The notes under the pieces: model-generated | Told to the model about the DNA's origin: nothing | Database searches by the model: none | Seen by the model: only the letters and a program-made list of their open reading frames with translations | Position numbers and translations under genes: made by a program | Origin: a virus | Lineage: Duplodnaviria > Heunggongvirae > Uroviricota > Caudoviricetes | Strand: one strand, 5' to 3' | Length of the DNA: 64,000 bases | IMG/VR virus record: IMGVR_UViG_3300033074_002207 | Shown: piece by piece, positions 18,447-27,507 of the stretch | How positions within the stretch are numbered: the first letter of the stretch is position 1 | Layout: every line of letters begins with the position of its first letter

Positions 18447-18932
18447 GTGTTGTATAATATCACAGATATGAACAAACATTCTATAGAAAATTCGATAAAA
18501 AAGGGTGACATCCTTTTAACGGACAAGGTGTGGTATTATGTGCAGTCAGACCCAGCGGTTGAAAATTCAGGGTATTTCTATGTGCCAAGACCTATAGCAG
18601 AAATCTCCTATGATTATGAAAATTATACTGACGAAGAGATTATGGAATTTTATATAAGAGATACACTGAATGGTCTTCGAAAAGCAGTGGAGAAGAAGTT
18701 AGAAAAATACGCCGACGATATTAGAAAAAAATGGAAGATGGATAGAGAAGAGCTATTAGTGGGAGCAGTTTATAAAACTGGTGATGGAGAATATGTTCAA
18801 ATTGTTCAAAAAGATTCAGATGGTGTAATGTTTCATGAAATGGAAGCCACGCCCACAACCAAATACACAGTGAGAAAGGACGTTCAAAAAAAGTCTAGAT
18901 TTGCTCTAAATATAGTTGAGAGAGTAAAGTAA
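18447..18932 (+). CDS. hypothetical protein
   Basis: 161-aa ORF. Confidence 0.45.
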   Translation: MLYNITDMNKHSIENSIKKGDILLTDKVWYYVQSDPAVENSGYFYVPRPIAEISYDYENYTDEEIMEFYIRDTLNGLRKAVEKKLEKYADDIRKKWKMDREELLVGAVYKTGDGEYVQIVQKDSDGVMFHEMEATPTTKYTVRKDVQKKSRFALNIVERVK

Positions 18933-18980
18933 CCCTGTGTTCAACCCAACTATCCAACTTACAAATAAGAAAATAGTTTT

Positions 18981-19065
18981 GGGAATATGGCGAAATGGTA
19001 GCACGCGCTGGTCTTAAAAATCAGTGGAGAAATCCGTGGAGGTTCGAGTCCACCTATTCCCACCA
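18981..19065 (+). tRNA. tRNA-Leu(TAA), type II
   Basis: acceptor gggaata/tattccc, anticodon stem ctggt/atcag with loop ctTAAaa. Confidence 0.6.
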
Positions 19066-19187
19066 AATGTATGACATCCTCTCACCACTATGGAAAAATC
19101 CTCAAAATCAGCGACAACGCAATAGTTTAGTGTCAGGTAGGGGAACATCCCGGAGCGGAGTCTCCGCCCCCCTGACTCCAAAATATC

Positions 19188-19496
19188 ATGAAAACAAATC
19201 AAGAATCAGTTCTTTCTAAACTCAATCCGAGAGAACAGCAGTTTGTCAAAGACGTGGTAAACGACATGCTATTTGATGCCAACGGTATCAGAATCAAAAT
19301 GAAGGGCGCAAAGCGTATCCGCGCAATCATGGATTCAATAGCATTGTGTATTTACGAATCACAAGGTTCTCACGGAAATCCCGATTTTAACCCGCCTGAT
19401 GCAGATTGGGTGGAGAAAGCCCGAGCAGCACAACTAGCAAAGGAAAAGCCCTACATCATTAAAGACGACGACGATGATGATGATTGGCCTGATTAA
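19188..19496 (+). CDS. hypothetical protein with poly-Asp C-terminus
   Basis: 102-aa ORF. Confidence 0.4.
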   Translation: MKTNQESVLSKLNPREQQFVKDVVNDMLFDANGIRIKMKGAKRIRAIMDSIALCIYESQGSHGNPDFNPPDADWVEKARAAQLAKEKPYIIKDDDDDDDWPD

Positions 19497-19532
19497 TTGA
19501 AGCAAAACGAACGATAATATAATCGAGGAACT

Positions 19533-19733
19533 ATGAAAGTACATTGCTCACAATGCGGCGAAGTTGACATCAACGAGGATATGGGATTCTGGTGTGATGA
19601 ATGCGGTGATAGAATCGAAGAATCAGACATCTTGTCTTCATTAATGGTCGAGTTTAGAATGATACAGCAGCCTGTTCAAGCGCTAGAAGCAAATCGTTCA
19701 TAAAATATTGTGCCCTCTTGTTGGAATGGTAGA
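19533..19733 (+). CDS. small zinc-ribbon protein (CxxC-x14-CxxC); 3' end overlaps the next tRNA so the true stop is uncertain
   Basis: hand translation MKVHCSQCGEVDINEDMGFWCDECGDR...; not present in the supplied ORF track. Confidence 0.25.
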
Positions 19734-19795
19734 CAAGGAGGTCTTAAAAACCTTTGCCGAAAGGCGTCCCAGTTCGAGTCTGGGAGGGGGCACCA
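19713..19795 (+). tRNA. tRNA-Leu(TAA), type II
   Basis: acceptor gccctct/agggggc (two G-U pairs), anticodon stem gaggt/acctt with loop ctTAAaa. Confidence 0.5.
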
Positions 19796-19856
19796 AATTT
19801 AACACACATTGGAATACTTAAAGGTACGTGTCTACCATAAATAGAATAACGAGTAT

Positions 19857-20366
19857 ATGTCACGTTCAAAAACATATACCCCTTCTCAGTTATACGAGGC
19901 TATCCAGGTAAGTACGTCTGTTGCTCAGGTTTTGACTCAACTTGGGTTAAAACCATGTGGTGGAAATTACAAAACAATTAACTCTTATATATCAGAGAAT
20001 CAAATTGACATAAGTCATTTCACTGGTTCGGCTTGGTGTGTGGGGGAAAAGGCAAAATATCTTGCTGATTCAAAACGTCTTTCTATGGAAGATATACTTT
20101 CTGGCAAATGTTCTTATAAATCCACATTCAAATTAAAAAATCGTCTAATAAAAGAAGGTTATTTTGTTCACAAGTGTTATAACTGCGGATTGGAAGAGTG
20201 GCAGGGGCGTCCCATTCCTCTTGAATTAGAGCATAAAAACGGAAACAATGCAGATAATCATATTGATAATCTAACCTTGTTGTGTCCAAATTGTCATGCA
20301 CAAACAAAAACATATCGAGGGCGAAACAAGAAGAAAAAAGATGTTGATGTTTTAGATATGGTATAA
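19857..20366 (+). CDS. HNH homing endonuclease
   Basis: LELEHKNGNNADNHIDNLTLLCPNCHAQT. Confidence 0.75.
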   Translation: MSRSKTYTPSQLYEAIQVSTSVAQVLTQLGLKPCGGNYKTINSYISENQIDISHFTGSAWCVGEKAKYLADSKRLSMEDILSGKCSYKSTFKLKNRLIKEGYFVHKCYNCGLEEWQGRPIPLELEHKNGNNADNHIDNLTLLCPNCHAQTKTYRGRNKKKKDVDVLDMV

Positions 20367-20373
20367 TGTCGAA

Positions 20374-20895
20374 ATGATTGAATACTACAAACTTATTGCA
20401 GAGTTCTGCACCTATCCCAAAGTTCATGGTGATGATGTCACGATGGACTTTTTTTGTTTCTTAGAGCAAAGGTATCCGACAATCTGGGAAAATCTCCAAA
20501 AGTTCTACTCAGATGATTGGGAATACGTGGATGAAGAGGAGTATCGCTTGATGTCTAAGCGCGAAAATCCACGCCCTCAACATCGTTATGGTTGGGATAA
20601 TATTGCTTCTCCAGGACGTTTCCCTGAGTTTTTGAACAGTTTTAAATCAATTTTTCATATTTTGACTGGGGAGAATTATGGCACATGTTTCTATTGTCAA
20701 AAAGAAACAGAACTTGCGGTTGAACATCCCGTTATTGTTTCGTGGGATTTTGCACCTATGGTAAAATACTATGAGGCATATGAAATGGACGGCTCAGTAA
20801 ATATTGAAAAGTTGTGCTGCCGAGAATGTGCAGTCGGAATGTACAAGAAGCTAGTTGATAAAAGCAATCCAGAACGTGTGGAGTGTTGGGGATAA
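20374..20895 (+). CDS. hypothetical protein (Cys-containing)
   Basis: 173-aa ORF. Confidence 0.45.
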   Translation: MIEYYKLIAEFCTYPKVHGDDVTMDFFCFLEQRYPTIWENLQKFYSDDWEYVDEEEYRLMSKRENPRPQHRYGWDNIASPGRFPEFLNSFKSIFHILTGENYGTCFYCQKETELAVEHPVIVSWDFAPMVKYYEAYEMDGSVNIEKLCCRECAVGMYKKLVDKSNPERVECWG

Positions 20896-21381
20896 ATGAA
20901 TTTTTATTTGTATTTTGAACGCTGGGACGAGAATGAAGAAAACATCATTGAGACAAAAGAGCGAATGGCGTTTGAAACCCTTGAAGCATGTCAAGAGTAT
21001 GCATCATCCAGCTATAATATCGTAGATGGTTGGTGGAATCCAACCAAAGATTATATTTGGGTTGCACCTGTTAACAGTGATGGCTGGGCGCTGACTATTG
21101 TTGATGAGTTTAAATCATTGCTCGACTATCACAACAACCCCGGACCAGGTTGGACATGGTATAGCGTTTGTTCGGGGCATAGCCCAAGAGCCGATGGTAC
21201 GTACCATGAAACCGACACTGAGTGTAATAGGTGTATGGCTGGTCGCTGGGTTAATGACAAAGAGCACGAAGAAGATGTGAAACTACACGATGAAGATTAT
21301 GATGCTTGGTATAAAAAGCACAATGCTCCAAACTCCGATTCTCGCAGATTCCTCAAAGCTGTTTTCCCAAACTTAAAATAA
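20896..21381 (+). CDS. hypothetical protein (Trp-rich)
   Basis: 161-aa ORF. Confidence 0.45.
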   Translation: MNFYLYFERWDENEENIIETKERMAFETLEACQEYASSSYNIVDGWWNPTKDYIWVAPVNSDGWALTIVDEFKSLLDYHNNPGPGWTWYSVCSGHSPRADGTYHETDTECNRCMAGRWVNDKEHEEDVKLHDEDYDAWYKKHNAPNSDSRRFLKAVFPNLK

Positions 21382-21383
21382 AC

Positions 21384-21800
21384 ATGAAATACACAACATC
21401 ATTCATCGTATTTCCAAAACACTGTAATCATTTGCGCGAAGTCATTTTTGGCGGACAGTTTATGGCTGAAATGGATTTAGCCGCAGCCCATTGTATTCGA
21501 CGCCTTTTGTTTAAGGCAAATGAAGGAGTAGAGCATGCCGTTACTCATAAAGCCAATTTTGATTTCCAAAAGCCAGCCTATCTTGGCGACTTAATTGAAC
21601 TAGAGGCTGAGGTTAAGTCTCTGGGAGAAAAATCTATTGTTGTTCAGGTTGTGGCTTGGCGCAACCGCAAGAATGTTCGCGCTCGCATGGCTATTGGCGA
21701 TTTTGTTTTTGTGGCTATCGGTGCTGTTGACGACCTTACAGGACACCCGGAATTTTTACCCTACAAAAATCACGGTTTGACAGACGAAGATATTGAATAA
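21384..21800 (+). CDS. hot-dog fold acyl-CoA thioesterase-like protein
   Basis: VFPKHCNHLREVIFGGQFMAEMDLAAAH resembles the YciA/4HBT hot-dog signature. Confidence 0.45.
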   Translation: MKYTTSFIVFPKHCNHLREVIFGGQFMAEMDLAAAHCIRRLLFKANEGVEHAVTHKANFDFQKPAYLGDLIELEAEVKSLGEKSIVVQVVAWRNRKNVRARMAIGDFVFVAIGAVDDLTGHPEFLPYKNHGLTDEDIE

Positions 21801-23157
21801 GATGAGTGACCAGCCCAGTTATTTGATAGACATTCCACCAGCCACCATCAGTGGTGAGTTGCACATGGGGCATATGTTCAGCTATGCCCAAATGGATTTT
21901 GTTGCCCGATATCATCAAATGATGGGTAAAGAATTGATTTACCCATTTTGTTACGATAACAATGGTTTGCCTACCGAAAAACTCGCACACAAAAACCAAG
22001 CATATGGGAAAGATGAAATTTTATCTTTTTCTCAGGATTGGTCGCAAGGATATTTGCAAACCTTCGAATCATTAGGGCTTGCACTATCTCCACAATCTTA
22101 TAATACTTTTGACTCCAATGCCGTTGCTCTGGCACAAATGTCATTTCAAGATTTGAAAGACAAGGGGCTTGTTTACAAAGCTCATACTGAATTTTTCTGG
22201 TGTCCAGTAACTCAGGTTTCGGTTTCGCAATCAGAGTTGACTGATGACATGCGTTATGAACGCTCTGGCGAGAAGGTTGAAATACGCAGTGGCGAAGGGT
22301 ATTTTGTTCGTATGATTGACCATTTGCCCGAGATTCGTCAAGCCATTGAAGAAATTCAGTGGCACCCGGAGCATTTCAAGCATAGACTGCTTCGATGGTT
22401 GGATGATTTGAAATTTGATTGGTCGATAAGCCGCGAAAGAAACTTTGGAATTCCTATTCCTGGAGAAGAGGGATTGGTTTTTGACACATGGTTTACAAGC
22501 AGCCTGTCGCCTCAAATGGCTTATTGTGCAGGTGGAAACACGCCCACATTAGACGTTCCGACTTTTGATGCTAGATTTCAGGCTCATGATATTATCAGAA
22601 CATGGGCTTTGTTTACGATTGTCAAATCGCTATATCACAACAACCGAATTCCTTGGAAGCATATTGTTATTAGCGGGCATGCAGTAGATAAACAAGGCAA
22701 AAAGCTGTCGAAAAGCTCACCAAATTACAAGCCTGCAACTTATTATTTTGAGCAATGGGGCGCTGACCCACTTCGTTTTTGGGCTGCTCAAAATCCAGTA
22801 GGCACAGACACCAAGCTCGATGAATCTGTAATGCTGCACGGGAAGAAGCTAATCAATAAAATTAAAAATGCTCGTAGATTCCTTGGTATGCAGTCAGATG
22901 CTGAAACTTGCGATGAGTGGATGAGTCAATGGATGTCCGTCAAAGCCGAGTTCTGCAACATGATGGAAAGCTTCAACTGGAGTGATGCGCTCAAGTTATT
23001 AACCAAATTTTTCTGGCATACTTATTGTGATATCTTTATTGAAGCCAACAAGCAGCAACCTGCAACTTTAACTTTGTCTTTGATAATGGATGATATGCTT
23101 GATTGCTATTCAATCTTTATGCCTGAAGTTAAACCCATACAATGTGAGATAAAATGA
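21793..23157 (+). CDS. catalytic-core-only class Ia aminoacyl-tRNA synthetase homologue (ValRS/IleRS/LeuRS family); lacks CP1 editing and anticodon-binding domains
   Basis: PPATISGELHMGHMF (HIGH), ARYHQMMGK, FDTWFTSS, GKKLSKS (KMSKS); 454 aa. Confidence 0.7.
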   Translation: MNKMSDQPSYLIDIPPATISGELHMGHMFSYAQMDFVARYHQMMGKELIYPFCYDNNGLPTEKLAHKNQAYGKDEILSFSQDWSQGYLQTFESLGLALSPQSYNTFDSNAVALAQMSFQDLKDKGLVYKAHTEFFWCPVTQVSVSQSELTDDMRYERSGEKVEIRSGEGYFVRMIDHLPEIRQAIEEIQWHPEHFKHRLLRWLDDLKFDWSISRERNFGIPIPGEEGLVFDTWFTSSLSPQMAYCAGGNTPTLDVPTFDARFQAHDIIRTWALFTIVKSLYHNNRIPWKHIVISGHAVDKQGKKLSKSSPNYKPATYYFEQWGADPLRFWAAQNPVGTDTKLDESVMLHGKKLINKIKNARRFLGMQSDAETCDEWMSQWMSVKAEFCNMMESFNWSDALKLLTKFFWHTYCDIFIEANKQQPATLTLSLIMDDMLDCYSIFMPEVKPIQCEIK

Positions 23158-23375
23158 CTATTCAATGTGAGCAATGTAAACAATCTTCAAAGCCAGTCTA
23201 TAAAACAGAAGCACAACTGCCTGTCGATTATGAACATGGTTTCTTTTGCAGTGTGTGTGGTGGAAGATTTTCTACTGATGTTGTGTTGTGGGCGGTAATA
23301 CAAGCCTTGGAAAAAACCAGCCAAGACGCTTCATCCGCGCATGACCCATATTTTCGCGGCGAAATTACCAGATAG
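23154..23375 (+). CDS. small zinc-ribbon protein
   Basis: CEQCKQ...CSVCGG. Confidence 0.4.
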   Translation: MTIQCEQCKQSSKPVYKTEAQLPVDYEHGFFCSVCGGRFSTDVVLWAVIQALEKTSQDASSAHDPYFRGEITR

Positions 23376-23404
23376 CTGTATAATCCACTTGGTGTTGATG
23401 AACA

Positions 23405-23611
23405 ATGACGAAAACATTATTGAATTTGGTTGGTAAAAAGATTGGTGCTGATATTAAGGAGTCAGAACTTCAGGACATGGCGAAACAAGCCGGGTATACT
23501 AAATACCAGTTGAGGGAATCTGGGTACATGTATGATTGTCAATATGACACAAGCAGGTTACAGATTCACCTAGACGCGAATAAAACTATCACCGAACTCC
23601 GAGAAGGATAA
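23405..23611 (+). CDS. hypothetical protein
   Basis: 68-aa ORF. Confidence 0.35.
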   Translation: MTKTLLNLVGKKIGADIKESELQDMAKQAGYTKYQLRESGYMYDCQYDTSRLQIHLDANKTITELREG

Positions 23612-23620
23612 GGTGCGCGA

Positions 23621-23705
23621 GGGGCGGTGGCGTAATCGGTAGCCGCAGCAGTCTCAAAAACTGCCGTCGCAAGACGTGAGGGTTCGAGTCCCTCCTGCCC
23701 CACCA
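23621..23705 (+). tRNA. tRNA-Leu(CAA), type II
   Basis: acceptor ggggcgg/ctgcccc, anticodon stem gcagt/actgc with loop ctCAAaa, CCA encoded. Confidence 0.6.
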
Positions 23706-23721
23706 ATAAATGGAGACAAAA

Positions 23722-24409
23722 ATGAAAAAGAGCATAATTGAAATTCGGGCTGCTGAAGGCGGCGCAGAATCAAAGTTGTTAGTTAAAGACCAGTTTGCTA
23801 TTTACGCAAAGGCATGCACGCTGGAGTGTCTTTGACATCACCATCCTTGAAGAAAGAGATGGGTTTATTTCATTTTTGATAGAGGGTAAAAACACTTCTA
23901 TTTTTAACCGTGAATCGGGAAGCCATGTTTGGCAAAGAATATCCCCTACTGAAAAACGCGGTCGAACTCACACGTCCTTAATCACTGTTGCAGTATTGCC
24001 TGTTCCAGAAGAAAATGACATTGTTTTAAACGATAATGATTTAGAGATATCTAATTATTGTTCTTCTGGTCATGGTGGGCAGCACATTCAAAAGAATCAG
24101 ACGGCTGTGAGGATTGTTCACAAACCGACTGGCATCACAGTTACTTGTCAAAATGAACGCTCTCAGTTTCAGAACAAAAAATTTGCTCTAGATTCATTGA
24201 GAGCCAAGTTGAAAGATGTAAACGACCAAAAACAACAAAAAAATGTCACCGCTATGCGAAAAGACCAAATTGGCATCGGAGAGCGCGGAGGAAAAATTCG
24301 AACAATTCGAGTAAAAGACAATATGGTAATTTGCAATGTGACGAGCAATACCAAATCTTTCAAGGAATATCAAAAAGGAAAGATACGATTCGATAATGGC
24401 AAAGAATAA
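23722..24409 (+). CDS. prfB: peptide chain release factor 2 (compact form) with programmed +1 ribosomal frameshift (frame 0: 23722-23832, then +1 from 23834)
   Basis: ORF0 MKKSIIEIRAAEGGAESKLLVKDQFAIYAKACTLECL ends at CTT TGA C; an internal SD-like GGAG lies 3 nt upstream of CTT; the downstream frame carries the GGQ motif (SSGHGGQHIQKNQTAVRIVHKPTGI). Confidence 0.8.
23830..23836 (+). other. programmed +1 frameshift site CUU UGA C
   Basis: GGAGTGT CTT TGA C parallels E. coli prfB AGGGGGTAT CTT TGA C. Confidence 0.75.
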
Positions 24410-24977
24410 AAAAGTTGCAATATTAGTCGGCAAAACTGGGCGAGGAACCAATATGATGAACCTGGTCCAGTTTTGTAAATCACACCAAATTGATGCTGAA
24501 ATCAGTCTGATTGTTTCGCCAGCCCAAAATGCTGCTACAGAATGGGCGTCAGGGAAAAACATCCCGGTTGTTGTTATAGACAAGCTAAATAATCCGAAAT
24601 ATACGACACAGCTTCTTGATGCTTTGCATGATGTCGATATCATTTGTTTAGCTGGATATCTGTATTTACTACCAAGCGAAATTATCGAGCACTACCCCAA
24701 TCGTATCCTTAATATCCACCCATCTTTGCTTCCTAAGTTCGGCGGCAAGGGAATGTATGGACTCAATGTTCATAAAGCAGTTATTGAAGCTGGCGAGACA
24801 GAAAGTGGCTGTACAGTTCATTTGGTTACGCCAGAATATGACCAGGGAAAAATTGTGTTACAAGTCAAATGTAAGGTTAAAGAAGATGACACTCCTGAAA
24901 CCCTTGCATCCAGAATTTTGCTATTGGAACATGCGGCGTATCCTATTGCGCTAGAGTGGCTTTGTCTACAGTGTTAA
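24396..24977 (+). CDS. purN: phosphoribosylglycinamide formyltransferase (GAR transformylase)
   Basis: NIHPSLLPKFGGKGMYG...ESGCTVHLVTPEYDQGKIVLQ. Confidence 0.75.
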   Translation: MAKNKKVAILVGKTGRGTNMMNLVQFCKSHQIDAEISLIVSPAQNAATEWASGKNIPVVVIDKLNNPKYTTQLLDALHDVDIICLAGYLYLLPSEIIEHYPNRILNIHPSLLPKFGGKGMYGLNVHKAVIEAGETESGCTVHLVTPEYDQGKIVLQVKCKVKEDDTPETLASRILLLEHAAYPIALEWLCLQC

Positions 24978-27156
24978 CTGGGTTTGTATTTGGTTGTGTG
25001 GATTGATTCTGCCCTTTGTCCATAGGTGAAACACCAAAAAACTTCAGATAATTGTCTATGTAGCTGTCTAAGCTCTCACGATTGACAATTCTTTTCAACC
25101 AAATATCTTGCTCAATTAGTGATGGGTTTAGTGTTGCATCGTAGTTAGTGACAAGCCAGTTGATAAAATTATAGTTTGGATTTTCTTGATTAGCACATAT
25201 GTTCGCCATTTCATTTGGCGATACGATTCCTTTGTTTAACAACAGGTTTGCCAGTTCTGTATCCCTGATTGCCATTAAGCTAACATATCTCTTATTAACC
25301 TCTGTTGCACCTTTTTCTTCGATAAGCCATTTTAACACAGGCGTGTGTATTACTTTAGGAGACAGTTCATTAACTGATATTTTGCCGGAATCTATAAACC
25401 ATTCTGCCATATCTTTATCTATTGTGGCAAGATAATGTGTGTTGTCACCCACATCAATATTGTGCTCAAGCGTAAGCCACTTAACAACATTCTGGTATAC
25501 ATTCACCTCATTTTGAGATTTCATGTTTTTAAATACTTCAACTATCTGCGGAATAGAAATCAACCCTCTGCTCACAAAATATTTAAGAGTTGGTAAATCT
25601 CTGAAATACGCTCGGATATTTTTATCAACCTCTGTTGCACCTTTTTCTTCGATAAGCCACCTCATAAGGTCGCCATCGGAATATGGCAATAAATCATCGG
25701 GACTCATAGCTTTACTGTCTAAAACAGCTTCAATTAAATCCATATCTTGACTTTTAGCAACATTGTAAGCTTTTTTAGGAGATGTCGGCACACCCATCTC
25801 TACAACCAACCATTTGAATACATCGTCAGACATAGTATATTGCTGCATCAGTTGTTCTGGTGTAATGATATTTTTACTTACGAGCATTTTTGCAAAATTT
25901 AAATCATAAGACGCAATTCTACTAACTTTTTGTATATCAACCTTTGTCGCGCCCTTTTCTTCGATAAGCCATTTTAACATAGGCGGGATATTGTATGGAT
26001 AGCCAGTTGCCAAGATTTCATTTGCCGTAGCTTTTCCGCTATCAATTAATTCATTAAGCTTGTCATAGTCTGGTTCGTTCGGTAAATCCCAGTTTTCTAT
26101 TTCACGTCCTTCATCATCCTCTTCCCGATGAACTGTGGCGATTGATACGATTTCCTCTAGGCTATCAGCATTTTTGTAAATTTCATCTGTTGCAATTTTT
26201 CTAGCACGTAAATATGTGTTCAACCACTGTGGTTTGTGGCTAATCATTGCTTTTTCATCTGGGTTTAAGGCAACACCGCTGTTTAGATATTGAACAATTA
26301 AATCATTGACATTGTTGTGTATCAAATATGCCAACTGCTCCATCGTCAAACGATGTCCGCGACCAATATACTTGGATTTTTCATCGTAAGTCAGTTGTTT
26401 GAACCAGTTCAACTCCCCATTTGTTCTCCCGAGTTTTTTGCTTTCGAGTCTTTCTTCTTCGGTATAGGGCTTGTTGACAAACTGAGATATATCCACGCCC
26501 TTAGATGCCAAATAATCAAAATAGGGTTTTGTTTCTTTACCAAACTGGTGAATGGTGCCCGTTGTGTTGTTTAAATCTGTCAGCAAGATGCCATTTTTGT
26601 TCATATCTACAACAACTCTTCGCAAAGGGCTGTCGGGTGGTTGAGTTCCATCATAAACAAAATAGAAGGTAGAACCCTGCATATCACGATACGATTGAAA
26701 CATACCTGATTGCTGTTTAGCAATACACCAAGATGTGCCCGCGCCCAATCTGCAAGCATCCTGCAAATTGTCCGCTTTTGTAACTGTGATTTTTCCCTCT
26801 TCAAATTGTGCTTGTGGTTCTGTGTTTTGTTGTTTTTTATTGGGGTTGAGCGCGTGATAAAAACCATCGACAACCTCTGTAAATTTAATCCAATCTACAG
26901 GTGTGTTGTTTAAAACCACGCCTTTGCGAGATGCATGAATGCTTATCGGTTTGCGCTCGTCTATCGCTGAAAGCCGAGAAATGTATTTTTGCACATATTC
27001 GGCATCAATGCTATTTAGAAAATACGCCGTTGCCGTTTGAAACTTAGGTTTGGGTGAAATTCGCAAAACTTCGGGCAGCAGGCTGCTGTCATTCAAAATT
27101 TGAATGATTTCTTTCTTTCCAGACAATATTATTCTTTTTGCCCCGCCATACCACAC
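24943..27156 (-). CDS. large repeat-containing hypothetical protein (737 aa) with at least three tandem copies of a WLIEEKGAT(E/K)V motif
   Basis: protein repeats; the DNA repeat tcaacctctgttgcacctttttcttcgataagccat recurs at about 25290, 25620 and 25935. Confidence 0.5.
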   Translation of the reverse strand: MWYGGAKRIILSGKKEIIQILNDSSLLPEVLRISPKPKFQTATAYFLNSIDAEYVQKYISRLSAIDERKPISIHASRKGVVLNNTPVDWIKFTEVVDGFYHALNPNKKQQNTEPQAQFEEGKITVTKADNLQDACRLGAGTSWCIAKQQSGMFQSYRDMQGSTFYFVYDGTQPPDSPLRRVVVDMNKNGILLTDLNNTTGTIHQFGKETKPYFDYLASKGVDISQFVNKPYTEEERLESKKLGRTNGELNWFKQLTYDEKSKYIGRGHRLTMEQLAYLIHNNVNDLIVQYLNSGVALNPDEKAMISHKPQWLNTYLRARKIATDEIYKNADSLEEIVSIATVHREEDDEGREIENWDLPNEPDYDKLNELIDSGKATANEILATGYPYNIPPMLKWLIEEKGATKVDIQKVSRIASYDLNFAKMLVSKNIITPEQLMQQYTMSDDVFKWLVVEMGVPTSPKKAYNVAKSQDMDLIEAVLDSKAMSPDDLLPYSDGDLMRWLIEEKGATEVDKNIRAYFRDLPTLKYFVSRGLISIPQIVEVFKNMKSQNEVNVYQNVVKWLTLEHNIDVGDNTHYLATIDKDMAEWFIDSGKISVNELSPKVIHTPVLKWLIEEKGATEVNKRYVSLMAIRDTELANLLLNKGIVSPNEMANICANQENPNYNFINWLVTNYDATLNPSLIEQDIWLKRIVNRESLDSYIDNYLKFFGVSPMDKGQNQSTQPNTNPVNTVDKATLAQ

Positions 27157-27207
27157 AATGTAATAATTTGGTTTTTAAAGGCATTTAACCTACCCTGGTG
27201 TATAATG

Positions 27208-27486
27208 AAGTTAATGAAAAGTCTTTTCCATACTGCATGGAACGTTTTGGTTCATTTATTTTGGTCAGTTGTCTTCTACGGACAATTTGTCAAAAGTTTT
27301 GATGGTATTTTGATGCTGTTTGGAACACGCTTGAGCCATGCCTACTCCACTTGGCCTAATTTTTCACTATCTTTAATTTTACTATTTTTTATGTGGCTGT
27401 CCATTTATATGTCGAAAATTGCAGTTAAGTGGTTCAGGCAGCTTGGGAATTCTGATTTTTCCTCAAAATCGGTTGACAAATCATAA
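27208..27486 (+). CDS. small membrane protein (start uncertain)
   Basis: hydrophobic segments; ORF-track entry 27100..27486 trimmed to an internal Met downstream of the divergent gene. Confidence 0.25.
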   Translation, partial: KLMKSLFHTAWNVLVHLFWSVVFYGQFVKSFDGILMLFGTRLSHAYSTWPNFSLSLILLFFMWLSIYMSKIAVKWFRQLGNSDFSSKSVDKS

Positions 27487-27501
27487 AAACCTGGAGATAA
27501 T
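27459..27501 (+). promoter_or_regulatory. strong promoter: TTCCTCAAAAT box + TTGACA-17-GATAAT (paralogue of 11268)
   Basis: about 75-bp near-identity with 11268-11340 including the transcript start acaatgaagttgaacgc. Confidence 0.7.
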
Positions 27502-27507
27502 GAAGAT

